Positions 19,485-28,696 of a DNA stretch of 64,000 nucleotides are shown piece by piece; within the stretch, counting starts at the first letter, position 1, and the number at the start of each line of letters is the position of its first letter. Below the pieces are notes generated by a model. The model was not told the DNA's origin. It did no database searches and worked only from the letters and a program-made list of their open reading frames with translations. The position numbers and the translations under genes were made by a program. Origin of the DNA: Promethearchaeota archaeon (lineage in GTDB: Archaea > Asgardarchaeota > Lokiarchaeia > Sigyniarchaeales > SOKP01); contig JBHLPW010000003.1 in the NCBI GenBank assembly GCA_048939015.1, forward strand, positions 67,628-131,627, given 5' to 3'.

Positions 19485-20033
19485 TTGATCAAAATTAGTA
19501 GATCGAAATTAGTACCAAAAGTCTTAGTAGGTTTAACTGTTTTGTTAACAATCTTTGGTTTAATAACAACTGCTAATGCTGGTATCCCTCCATTTATTTG
19601 GGAATACTCCCAATACAATTATATCTGGGGTGTAGATCAAACGCTTCCGCAAGATGAACCATGTTTTTGGGCAATTGGTATAGCATGTAGTGAAGAAGAA
19701 ATTGAAACAGGATATTATCCTAAACCTCCATTTAAACATAAACTGTATATTGATGGAGAGGAAATAAATCTGCGTAGATTTATCTTTACGGACAAGGATG
19801 GGAGCATGTTTGGGATTCCAGGGCAAAAATGGTATTTTTTCTACCAAGTTTTTGAAGCAAGTTATTTTACTTTAGGCGAGTATGACGTGACAGAGGAATT
19901 TTGGGTTCATCACCCCTATACGGGTAGTGAAACTTATGGATGGAGAATCTTTGTAAATTATGAGGGGCCTGAATATAAGTATGGCCCAGTAGGTCTACCA
20001 CATACTTTAACGTATACTTTAACTTTTGTTTAA
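19485..20033 (+). CDS. Secreted protein of unknown function
   Basis: Signal peptide ...KVLVGLTVLLTIFGLITTANA; aromatic-rich, likely beta-rich mature part. Confidence 0.75.
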   Translation: MIKISRSKLVPKVLVGLTVLLTIFGLITTANAGIPPFIWEYSQYNYIWGVDQTLPQDEPCFWAIGIACSEEEIETGYYPKPPFKHKLYIDGEEINLRRFIFTDKDGSMFGIPGQKWYFFYQVFEASYFTLGEYDVTEEFWVHHPYTGSETYGWRIFVNYEGPEYKYGPVGLPHTLTYTLTFV

Positions 20034-20091
20034 CACTAATAATTTATTATTTAGAGGGTGAATAAGGGAAATTTTAATTTTAAAACATGGA

Positions 20092-20181
20092 ATAGAAGTG
20101 GAGGAGTTGGGTTAGCTAAACTACTTCCTGACGAAGCTACTACTAAACCAATAATCCTCCATTCTATACTTCTTTTTTTTT
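20092..20181 (+). ncRNA. Conserved structured element (long hairpin plus U-tract), copy C
   Basis: TAGAAGTGGAGGA-GTTGGGTTAG / CTAAACCAA-TAATCCTCCATTCTA, then T9. Confidence 0.55.
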
Positions 20182-20277
20182 CTATTTAAACCTTAATAAT
20201 TCACCAAAATTTTATATTAAACTAAACCTAATTTTTCATTAAAAAAAATCATATTTTCATTAAGACTTAGAAATCTA

Positions 20278-20820
20278 ATGAATAATTCTGAGGAATTTCG
20301 ATTTAAAATAGTCGTAGTAGGAGATGGAGCAGTAGGTAAAACATCCTTAATTAAGAAATTCACGAAAGGGACGTTCGAAAAAGATTATGTAAAAACTATC
20401 GGTGCTCAGTTTTCCAAATATAACAAGAAATTTAATGGAGATGTGGTTAGATTATTATTCTGGGATATAGCAGGTCAAGATGATTTCAATTTTCTACATC
20501 ATTTATTTTATAAAGAGGCTAAAGCAGCAATCATCGTATATAGTCTTGAAGAAAATGAACTTGGTCAAAATAGTTTTACACATATAAAGAACTGGAATGA
20601 AGTACTAGAAAAAAATTGTGGACCTATTCCTGTTGTTTTATTTGCTAATAAAGTTGATTTAGTAGATGAAAATAGTTTAGATACAACAGAAATTCAACAA
20701 TTTGTTAATGAACGTAATTTTTTAACTTACTTCTTCACTTCAGCAAAAACAGGACAAGGGGTTGTTGAAGCATTTAACGCAATTATAGAGCGGTTATATT
20801 TTAAATTTAAAACCCTTTAA
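20278..20820 (+). CDS. Rab-like small GTPase, paralog of 12444
   Basis: GDGAVGKTS, WDIAGQ, NKVD, TSAK; highly similar to 12444-12992. Confidence 0.93.
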   Translation: MNNSEEFRFKIVVVGDGAVGKTSLIKKFTKGTFEKDYVKTIGAQFSKYNKKFNGDVVRLLFWDIAGQDDFNFLHHLFYKEAKAAIIVYSLEENELGQNSFTHIKNWNEVLEKNCGPIPVVLFANKVDLVDENSLDTTEIQQFVNERNFLTYFFTSAKTGQGVVEAFNAIIERLYFKFKTL

Positions 20821-20923
20821 TTAAAATTATACTTTCATTTCTTTTTCCCTTAATTGATATAAAAATTATTGGCTTTTATAAGGCTATTTTAAAATTAACG
20901 GTTAAAAGGATGTTAAATTTAGA

Positions 20924-21517
20924 TTGATTATTGACCATTCTGCGAAGAGTATTAGTATTAAAATTGTCTATTTTGGTCCCGCTATGAGCGGTAAGACAAC
21001 ATCAATTAAAGCTTTATTTTCTGAATTTGGGAAAGAAGATGAAGTATGTAGTATTGAAAGTACTTTAGAAAGAACTTTATTTTTTGATTACGGTACTGTT
21101 ACGTTTCAAAATCAAGAATGGAAATTGAAAATTCATATTTATACTACTACTGGACAAGATTTCTATTTTATTACTAGACCCGTCACTTTGCGAGCAGTAG
21201 ATGGAGTTGTTTTTGTTATCGACTCTCAGGAAGATGTTTATGAAAGAAATCTGATCTCTTGGCAGGAATTAATCGCCTATTTTAATGAATCCTTAAGTAA
21301 ATTACCCATTATCATTGCATTCAATAAACAAGATTTAGAAGAAAAATTTAACTCCATAGATTTTTTGAAGGAAATTATGTATCATAAATACAAGAATATA
21401 GATACCAGATACACAAGCGCATTAAATGGAGAAGGAATCTTAGATTGTTTCGAAGATATTCTTAGATTGATTTTAAGAAAATATTATAATCAAAAATTTG
21501 TTTCAGTAATTAATTGA
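20924..21517 (+). CDS. MglA-type small GTPase
   Basis: KIVYFGPAMSGKTT, ERTLFFDY, TTTGQ, DGVVFVIDSQ, NKQD, SA. Confidence 0.85.
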   Translation: MIIDHSAKSISIKIVYFGPAMSGKTTSIKALFSEFGKEDEVCSIESTLERTLFFDYGTVTFQNQEWKLKIHIYTTTGQDFYFITRPVTLRAVDGVVFVIDSQEDVYERNLISWQELIAYFNESLSKLPIIIAFNKQDLEEKFNSIDFLKEIMYHKYKNIDTRYTSALNGEGILDCFEDILRLILRKYYNQKFVSVIN

Positions 21518-21564
21518 AATAAGTTTCCTGAATTAAACCGATAACAAAAGGATTTATTTTTATT

Positions 21565-22785
21565 TTAAAAAAAACTAACTTCTGAGACAGGAGATTGAAT
21601 TCGGATTCTTTGTTGACTATTATCTTCTAAGATTGAAATGAGTGCTGTAACATTTTGCTTTGTTTCATAAATGATCTCTTTCTCTTCACCCTTTTTCCAG
21701 GTATTAAAGCCTGTCAAATGTGAAGCAGTTTCAAATAATCCTTCTTGCAATCCTGAAACTAGAACAGTTACTCCTTCTAAATCATTTTTAGATATATTTT
21801 TTATATGTAATCGATACATATCAATATCAGAATCAATCGCTTCTACTTTGTAAGTTTTCTGAAATTTTGATATTCCGTCAAATAAGGACGATGCAGCAGT
21901 AGGAGTTTCTGAAAATAGATCTACACCAACCTTTTCCTCAGAAATAGGACCTGTAGAAATAGTTATTGGGATTTCAAGTTTAATAGGTTCCAAACCGTAT
22001 TCAGGTTTTTTCTTTCCTATAATTAAAAGACTCCATTTTGTATAAGCTCCATACCTGAAGCCAAATTGCTCCTTTTCTGAAGGGGACCATAAATAATTAT
22101 GACTGGGTTCAGCTACTTCTGGAACTTTTAGAAGCATAAAATCTTTTTCAAAGTTTTGTGTCCGAATATCACCTGCAATTGCAGGAGGTAATTCTTCAAC
22201 TTTACGACAATTTTGGCCATATGCTTCGCAATAACAAACCAAATTAGAGTTTTGTAGCAACCTAATTTCCAAACTTTTAAGCTCCTCCGAGGTGTAGCCA
22301 ATCTTTATAGCTTCGCCTGGTTTAAAAATATCTTTTGTTAAGAGGATATTTAACCCTGAAATTGAAAATGAAATTGGTTTTGGAGATTTCGCTTGAAGTC
22401 CAGAATTTCGTGCTTTAATTTCAATGTCATGTATTTTATTAATCATTAAATCATCTTCTGGATTAATCGGATTTGGTTGTCTTAGATTCAATTTTAGAAT
22501 ATAGTTTAAATTTCTGTTCTTTATGGTTGGTACAATATTACTTTTAATCAAAAGGGATTTTTCTCGTAGATATTCACCTGCTTCAAAATTGCCCTTACTA
22601 AATATTTCTTCTTTTGATATTTGAAGTTCTTTAGCACAAGGGGGATTAGTAATCAATTGAATTCCACTCCAATGAATTTCAGCATCTTCCTCAAATTTGA
22701 ATTTAGATCGTGTGATTAATTTATCTCCTATATAAACTACTCCGTTATTTAAGTCGGTTAACTCTAATTTTATCAAGCGAAACAT
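21565..22785 (-). CDS. Arrestin/Vps26-fold protein with extra C-terminal Ig-like domain
   Basis: VVYIGDKL, LNYILKLNLRQP and ILLTKDIFKPGEAIKI match arrestin N- and C-domain signatures. Confidence 0.6.
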   Translation of the reverse strand: MFRLIKLELTDLNNGVVYIGDKLITRSKFKFEEDAEIHWSGIQLITNPPCAKELQISKEEIFSKGNFEAGEYLREKSLLIKSNIVPTIKNRNLNYILKLNLRQPNPINPEDDLMINKIHDIEIKARNSGLQAKSPKPISFSISGLNILLTKDIFKPGEAIKIGYTSEELKSLEIRLLQNSNLVCYCEAYGQNCRKVEELPPAIAGDIRTQNFEKDFMLLKVPEVAEPSHNYLWSPSEKEQFGFRYGAYTKWSLLIIGKKKPEYGLEPIKLEIPITISTGPISEEKVGVDLFSETPTAASSLFDGISKFQKTYKVEAIDSDIDMYRLHIKNISKNDLEGVTVLVSGLQEGLFETASHLTGFNTWKKGEEKEIIYETKQNVTALISILEDNSQQRIRIQSPVSEVSFF

Positions 22786-23008
22786 GTATAATGATTATAT
22801 TTCTACTATTTGTATAAAAAGATAGAATTTTATAAAAACTTTTTATTATTAGATAAGATATAAGGAGATAACCATTCTCTCTTTTAAGCGATAATATCTT
22901 ATTCAAGAATGTCAATTTTTTTATTTGAATTAGTAATTTAAATGATAAATAATTTGAATCACCTTTAATTATACCATTTAAGACGTAATATCATAATAAT
23001 TTGGAACT

Positions 23009-23725
23009 ATGAATAAAGGTCTAGATGAAAAAATTAAAGCTATTCTCTTTGATTTAGATAATACTTTAATAGATGTTGATTTAGATAAATTTATACCCCA
23101 ATATTTACAGCTATTAGCTCAAAGTGTTGCCCATATCATTACTCCTAAAAAGTTTATTTCAAAAATACTTGAGGCATCTAAAGCTGTAGAAGAAAATAAT
23201 GGACGCAGCACTAACGAAGATGTATATGCTAATGCATTCTTTCCATTAGAAGGTCATATTCGTGAAGAAATCGAACCATTCTTTGACAATTTCTATAAAA
23301 AAGATTTCACCGAACTACGTCAGTACACTCGAAAGAAACCTGAAGCAAGATCTGTTGTTCAAACTGCTTTTGATAGAGGTTATGATGTTGTTATTGCTAC
23401 AACGCCCATGTTACCTGCTACTGCAATCGAGCAACGTTTAGAATGGGCTGATGTTGCTGACTTTCCTTACCGTTTAATAACGACTATAGAGAATAGTCAT
23501 GCTACTAAATCTTTAACACATTTACTTTATTATGAACAAATTTTAGACAAGATTGGATACCCTGCTGACGCATGTTTAATGGTTGGAGATGACGAAAAGG
23601 ATATGATAGCAGCACGTCTTGGAATACTCACTTTTTTTATTGAAGATAAAGAAACAGATTTCTCTAATCATATACCAGAGCCCACATATAGAGGGGCTTT
23701 AGCGGACTTGAAAAATATCCTTTAG
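23009..23725 (+). CDS. HAD-family hydrolase
   Basis: ILFDLDNTL, ATT, K, MVGDD...D motifs. Confidence 0.9.
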   Translation: MNKGLDEKIKAILFDLDNTLIDVDLDKFIPQYLQLLAQSVAHIITPKKFISKILEASKAVEENNGRSTNEDVYANAFFPLEGHIREEIEPFFDNFYKKDFTELRQYTRKKPEARSVVQTAFDRGYDVVIATTPMLPATAIEQRLEWADVADFPYRLITTIENSHATKSLTHLLYYEQILDKIGYPADACLMVGDDEKDMIAARLGILTFFIEDKETDFSNHIPEPTYRGALADLKNIL

Positions 23726-23735
23726 GTATATTATT

Positions 23736-23909
23736 TTATATTTTTTTTTTCCAAGTATGACCTAATTTACTCATATTATAGATTTGAGGAGGAGGATCTT
23801 CTAATAATAATTTTCCAAGGCATTTAGCACATAAATAGACTTCTTTATTTTTATCCGTAAAAAAACACATATATAAATTCTCTCGCTTTAAACAAGATTG
23901 GCATCTCAC
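23736..23909 (-). CDS. Unannotated 57-aa zinc-finger micro-protein
   Basis: GTG start: MRCQSCLKRENLYMCFFTDKNKEVYLCAKCLGKLLLEDPPPQIYNMSKLGHTWKKKI; CxxC-x20-CxxC. Confidence 0.5.
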   Translation of the reverse strand: MRCQSCLKRENLYMCFFTDKNKEVYLCAKCLGKLLLEDPPPQIYNMSKLGHTWKKKI

Positions 23910-24093
23910 ACATTAAATTCTTTTATAAAAATATAAAAATTTTGTTATCAAATTCTCAATAATCTTCTGAAAATAGACTCTCAAATTTATCCCTTTTTCC
24001 ATGAAATGTTGGTTTTATAATTATAACATAAGTTTTTTTAAACCTTAAAGTTAAATCTTAATTAAATGTTAAAATTTAAGATTTAGATACCTT

Positions 24094-25212
24094 ATGCAGA
24101 TTAAGCGTAAATTTCTCACATCGATTTCTAAACTTCTTAAAATGAGATCCTACAGGTACTTTCATTATTGTTCAATTATCACTTTTATTATCACCTCTTT
24201 TCTACTTTATTATCAGTTATTTCTAGTTAACCAGATTCAATTTAGAATATTTGCAATTGAACTATGTTATGGCTTAATGTTATTCGTTCCAATTTTTCTG
24301 ATTAGTTGGTCTTTAAAAAAAACTAGGTTTCAGTTCGATTTAGTTATGGTATTATCTGGAATTTGTGCTTATGGTGCTTATCTTGCTGATTTAATGACAA
24401 AATCAACGCCAAATTGGGGCCCTCTACGAAGTAACATTCCATTTCTAATTGGATTCGTTATATTGGGATTATCTAATATTATATCATTGCTGGATATAAC
24501 TGTCTTTATAACAAAAAAAAAAATCTTGAATCCACTTCATCAAGCAATTAAACAAAATAAGGAGAAAGAGAAGGTTCTTCATCGACAAAAGCAAGAATTA
24601 AGCCAATTTGCCCATATGATGTCTCATGATTTGCGGAGTAATTTAACATCCATAAAAGGATATCTTGAAATAATATTGACTGAATCAACTAATGAAAAAA
24701 TACAAGGAATGTTAAAAAAGATAGAGCAAATTCAGGATTTATTAGAAACCTCAGTAAAATTAGCAGATTCCGGAAAAGTAATAGATACTGCTGAAATTGT
24801 TGATTTACATGAACTTACATTAGAAGTTACTGACACAATAATCCCAAAACATATTAATTGTAACATTGATGGATTGCCTATGGTTTTAGCCGATAAACAC
24901 CGCATTTATCAAGTAATGAAAAATATATTGGAAAACGCAGTTATTCATGGTAAACCGGAATTCATTAATATATTTTCTAAACATGAAAATGGGGACATCA
25001 TTATTGTTATAGAAAATGATGGTTTTACTATTCCTAACGATTTTATTGAAAGCTTTAATGATCCAAATTTCAGTCTTGACTTTCGAAATAAAGGAATTGG
25101 ATTAAAAATTGTAAAACGGATTATAGAAGCACATAATTGGAAAATTTCAATTACCAATGATCCCCAAACCACATTTCTAATAAATATCCCTGAAACTAAA
25201 AATATTGATTAG
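24094..25212 (+). CDS. Membrane sensor histidine kinase
   Basis: 4 TM; H-box FAHMMSHDLRSNL; N-box NILENAVIHG; G-box KGIGLKIVKRIIEAH. Confidence 0.9.
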   Translation: MQIKRKFLTSISKLLKMRSYRYFHYCSIITFIITSFLLYYQLFLVNQIQFRIFAIELCYGLMLFVPIFLISWSLKKTRFQFDLVMVLSGICAYGAYLADLMTKSTPNWGPLRSNIPFLIGFVILGLSNIISLLDITVFITKKKILNPLHQAIKQNKEKEKVLHRQKQELSQFAHMMSHDLRSNLTSIKGYLEIILTESTNEKIQGMLKKIEQIQDLLETSVKLADSGKVIDTAEIVDLHELTLEVTDTIIPKHINCNIDGLPMVLADKHRIYQVMKNILENAVIHGKPEFINIFSKHENGDIIIVIENDGFTIPNDFIESFNDPNFSLDFRNKGIGLKIVKRIIEAHNWKISITNDPQTTFLINIPETKNID

Positions 25213-25227
25213 ATATCATGTTTCTAA

Positions 25228-25803
25228 TTAACTAGAAATTTCTTTAATTTCTTGATATCTAAAACAATCTATAACATGATCATTAACCATCCCTACTGCT
25301 TGCATAAAAGCATAACAGATGGTTGGACCCACAAATTTAAATCCTCTTTTTTTCAAATCTTTACTCATCTGTTCTGATTGTATAGTTTTGGATGGCAATT
25401 CTGAAAGCTCCTTAAATTTGTTATCCATTGTTTTATTATTAACAAATTTCCAGATATATTTATCAAATGATCCAAATTCCTTCTGTACATGTAAGAACGC
25501 TTTCCCATTTGCGATTACTGCATTAATTTTAAGTCTGTTTCTTATTATCCCTTCATTCTGCATTAACAATTCCACTTTTTCTTCGGAATATTTTGCGATC
25601 TTGATGTAATCAAAATTATCAAAAGCAGTTCTGAAGTTTTCCCTTTTTTTTAAAATTGTACTCCAACTTAATCCCGCTTGTGCTCCTTCCAATATTAAAA
25701 ATTCAAAGAGAAGGTGATCATCGTGAATAGGAGTACCCCACTCTTTATCATGATACTCTATCATCTGTGGGTCATCGCCAGCCCATGCGCATCTTTTAAC
25801 CAT
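25228..25803 (-). CDS. tag: DNA-3-methyladenine glycosylase I
   Basis: RCAWA, YHDKEWG, LEGAQAGLSW, IIRNRLKI, FKFVGPTICYAFMQAVGMVNDH. Confidence 0.96.
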   Translation of the reverse strand: MVKRCAWAGDDPQMIEYHDKEWGTPIHDDHLLFEFLILEGAQAGLSWSTILKKRENFRTAFDNFDYIKIAKYSEEKVELLMQNEGIIRNRLKINAVIANGKAFLHVQKEFGSFDKYIWKFVNNKTMDNKFKELSELPSKTIQSEQMSKDLKKRGFKFVGPTICYAFMQAVGMVNDHVIDCFRYQEIKEISS

Positions 25804-25914
25804 TCCTATCACATTTGTATTTATGATCCCAAATAGTTAACAAATTATTAATTTCTTTAAAAAAAATAGAAATAGATTAAAAAATTTAATTATTGAATTC
25901 AATCTTTGATGATA

Positions 25915-26475
25915 TTAATGTTCCTCTAAGTATACAAAGCCAATAATGATAAGACTTATCAAAAATCCTCCACCTAATGCAATGAGAAAGTAATGAGAAT
26001 AAAGTGATGTAAAGGTAGATGGTGCTTCAGATGTGATTGCGACAATGACAATTGTATAAATAAACAACCAAAAAAATGTCGTTGGAGCTAAGGCATACAA
26101 ATAGACGGTTGTTTCATCAAACTCTATACCTTTTATTAATTTTGCAGCACCAGGTATAATAAAGCATAAACTCCAAAAAATGATGTTTACAACCATAAGT
26201 GTAATTCTTGAGTATGTATAGGCCAATAGTGCAGTATTAATAACGAAAGTTGAAAATGCAATGAAAATACCGCCGATAATTAATAACATTATTCGCCGAT
26301 TTCGAATTGATAATCCTCTATAAAGAACTATAAATCCTACAGGGATGAAAATAACTGGGATAGGTAATAAGACGAGTGTCATTATGGAGATTGGGATTAT
26401 TGGAAGAAAAATCGTCCCTATAACAAGAAGAATTATACCAACTTTAACCTTGGTTTCATCTTTTATTTTAACCAT
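25915..26475 (-). CDS. Multi-pass membrane protein
   Basis: About 6 hydrophobic segments; ATG 26475 follows GAGGG. Confidence 0.7.
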   Translation of the reverse strand: MVKIKDETKVKVGIILLVIGTIFLPIIPISIMTLVLLPIPVIFIPVGFIVLYRGLSIRNRRIMLLIIGGIFIAFSTFVINTALLAYTYSRITLMVVNIIFWSLCFIIPGAAKLIKGIEFDETTVYLYALAPTTFFWLFIYTIVIVAITSEAPSTFTSLYSHYFLIALGGGFLISLIIIGFVYLEEH

Positions 26476-26686
26476 GGAAAGACCCTCTCGTATTTCAATT
26501 GTAATATATAGCAATTGCTACTAATGAAGTCAATATTAAATCCTTATTAAAATCTATCTAAAATTCTATGAAATGAAGTTTAAAAAGGATAGATAATATG
26601 AATTTCTAAAATCTTGATTTAACTTTAACAATTTTAGCTTCAATTATAAGTATATTCCTTACAATAGCTTCATTATTTGTCAATTC

Positions 26687-27574
26687 TTATAGATACGCTT
26701 TAGATGCATTTTCTGTAATTGCGTCTACTACTTTCGGTCCCACTTCTAAAGGGATACTATGACCCATCCCTTCAATAATTAGCAATTCTGCTCCAGGAAT
26801 TGCTTCCGCAGTATCTTTGCCTCCTTCAGGTGGCACAAGAGGATCATCACTACCATGAATTACAAGTGTAGGGGTCGTTATAGAAGTCAGGTTTTGCTTA
26901 CGATTTCCGGTAGCCAATATTGCTGCTAATTGGCGAGAATAACCCGGACGATAATCTGACCGATCCAACGATTCTATGGCCAGTCGTCGGGCTCTTTCTT
27001 CATCAAAAGGAAATCCAGTACCATAAAGAAGTCGCGCAGCATTCACAAAATTATCAATAATTGCTTCGCGCTCAATTGGTCGTGGTTGAATTAATACTTT
27101 CATTGCCTCTGGCTTTGGACGGGGTAAATCGGGATTACCTGTACTACTCATTATAGATGTAAGAGATAAAACACGAGATGGATGTCTATATGCAACTGTT
27201 TGAGCAATCATCCCCCCCATAGACGCACCACAGATATGAGCTTTATCAATATTTAAAGCATCAAGAAGTCCAACCGCATCGTCAGCCATATCATTTAATG
27301 TATATAATGATTCAATTTTTTCTCCCGTTGCTACTTGCATATATAATTTCGGAAGGTCTGGTTCTCCTGCTTCATCAAATTTTGTAGATAGACCTACATC
27401 TCGATTGTCGAACCTGATTACAAAAAAACCTCGTTCTACAAATTTCTCACAAAATTCTTCTTCCCAACTAATCATTTGACCACCAAGCCCCATAATAAGC
27501 AATAAGGGTTTTGAAGATGGATCCCCAAATGTATCATACTCAATTTCAATATTATTAGCTTTAACTCTTGGCAT
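26687..27574 (-). CDS. Alpha/beta hydrolase
   Basis: FDNRDVGLS, GASMGG nucleophile elbow, HGSDDPLV, GMGH. Confidence 0.93.
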   Translation of the reverse strand: MPRVKANNIEIEYDTFGDPSSKPLLLIMGLGGQMISWEEEFCEKFVERGFFVIRFDNRDVGLSTKFDEAGEPDLPKLYMQVATGEKIESLYTLNDMADDAVGLLDALNIDKAHICGASMGGMIAQTVAYRHPSRVLSLTSIMSSTGNPDLPRPKPEAMKVLIQPRPIEREAIIDNFVNAARLLYGTGFPFDEERARRLAIESLDRSDYRPGYSRQLAAILATGNRKQNLTSITTPTLVIHGSDDPLVPPEGGKDTAEAIPGAELLIIEGMGHSIPLEVGPKVVDAITENASKAYL

Positions 27575-27697
27575 TAGTTTATTCCTCCTTTCATAGCTTA
27601 AATTAAATTTAAGATTTACATACTTTTATAAGTTTTGAATGAACTTAGGTTTTAAAAAAAGATATAAAGAAAATTGAATTTATTGAAATTTTACAGA

Positions 27698-28606
27698 TTA
27701 ATCTGTGTGTGCAGAGATAATTAAATCGGCAAAAAGCTTCATGTCATTTAGTAACATATTTAATTTATCTTGCGAATCTCTGTCTAATTCTCCAGATTTC
27801 ATAACAAGTACAGAAATGATGTATTTGAAAATGTGAAGTTCAATTTCTTTCCCATCTCCGTCTCGACCTCCAAATTTTGCAGAATCTGCCATAAATATAT
27901 TTTCTCTAACTGTATTGCAAGCATTAATAAAATCCCTTAAGTCTCCCCTTAATGTTAATCCACTACTAACACCTTGGACATTATGCACGATAACATTACC
28001 TGAAATATCAGCAATAATAACTTTAGCCTTAATCTCATCAAGCTGTTTCTCGGCTTTTTCTACGTGAGATTTTAATTCAGCATACTCAGAAATTAACACA
28101 TCTCTGAAAACTTTTGCTAATTTGTCCTCCTCATATATACTTGTTAACATATAGTCAAAATCGTAATCTTTAAACATATCCAGGAAAATATCCTTAGCAT
28201 TTTTAACGTTTGTATCAAGTAATTCTTTCTGATAATCTTCTGTATCATACTTATGAAGGAATAAGAAGATCTTTGGTTTCTCATTGTTCTTACGGTATAA
28301 ATCCAATAAATTTATGAAATATTCTTTTGCCTCTTCAAATGTATTTGGATCGTGTAAATCAACAATTGGAATTAGAATATCAGTTCCTCTAAAGATTTCT
28401 GGTTTTTCCATATACTCTTTACGGAACTCTTCTTGCCCACCAAAGTCAAAAATTCCTACCTGTAAGCCTAAAAATGGATGTCTTCTTGTTTCATAAAGAA
28501 TTGTTGGGGCTAATCCTTTTGTATCTTCTGGTCGTTTTGCAGCAAAGGCAACTGAATAAACTGATGTTTTTCCGCAACCAGAAAGTCCAATTAAAGCAAT
28601 TTTTAT
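27698..28606 (-). CDS. Rag/Gtr1-like GTPase with C-terminal roadblock-like domain; apparent ATA start
   Basis: Frame extends 65 codons upstream of the track ATG: IKIALIGLSGCGKTS...PT...FDFGGQ; HKYD (G4), TSIY (G5); SD AGGTGA 6 nt before ATA; in-frame TGA just upstream. Confidence 0.85.
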   Translation of the reverse strand: MKIALIGLSGCGKTSVYSVAFAAKRPEDTKGLAPTILYETRRHPFLGLQVGIFDFGGQEEFRKEYMEKPEIFRGTDILIPIVDLHDPNTFEEAKEYFINLLDLYRKNNEKPKIFLFLHKYDTEDYQKELLDTNVKNAKDIFLDMFKDYDFDYMLTSIYEEDKLAKVFRDVLISEYAELKSHVEKAEKQLDEIKAKVIIADISGNVIVHNVQGVSSGLTLRGDLRDFINACNTVRENIFMADSAKFGGRDGDGKEIELHIFKYIISVLVMKSGELDRDSQDKLNMLLNDMKLFADLIISAHTD

Positions 28607-28696
28607 GATTTTTCACCTTTTTTGCTTTTCAGTTTTTAATATTTTTTATAATAATTTATTTCATTTAACTTTTTTAATAAAATTTGATTTAGATTT

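Noticed and set aside
20028-20112. Integron attC-like GTTTAAC...GTTGGGT near the hairpin
   Set aside because: The boxes do not bracket the hairpin, are not seen at the other copies, and no integrase is present
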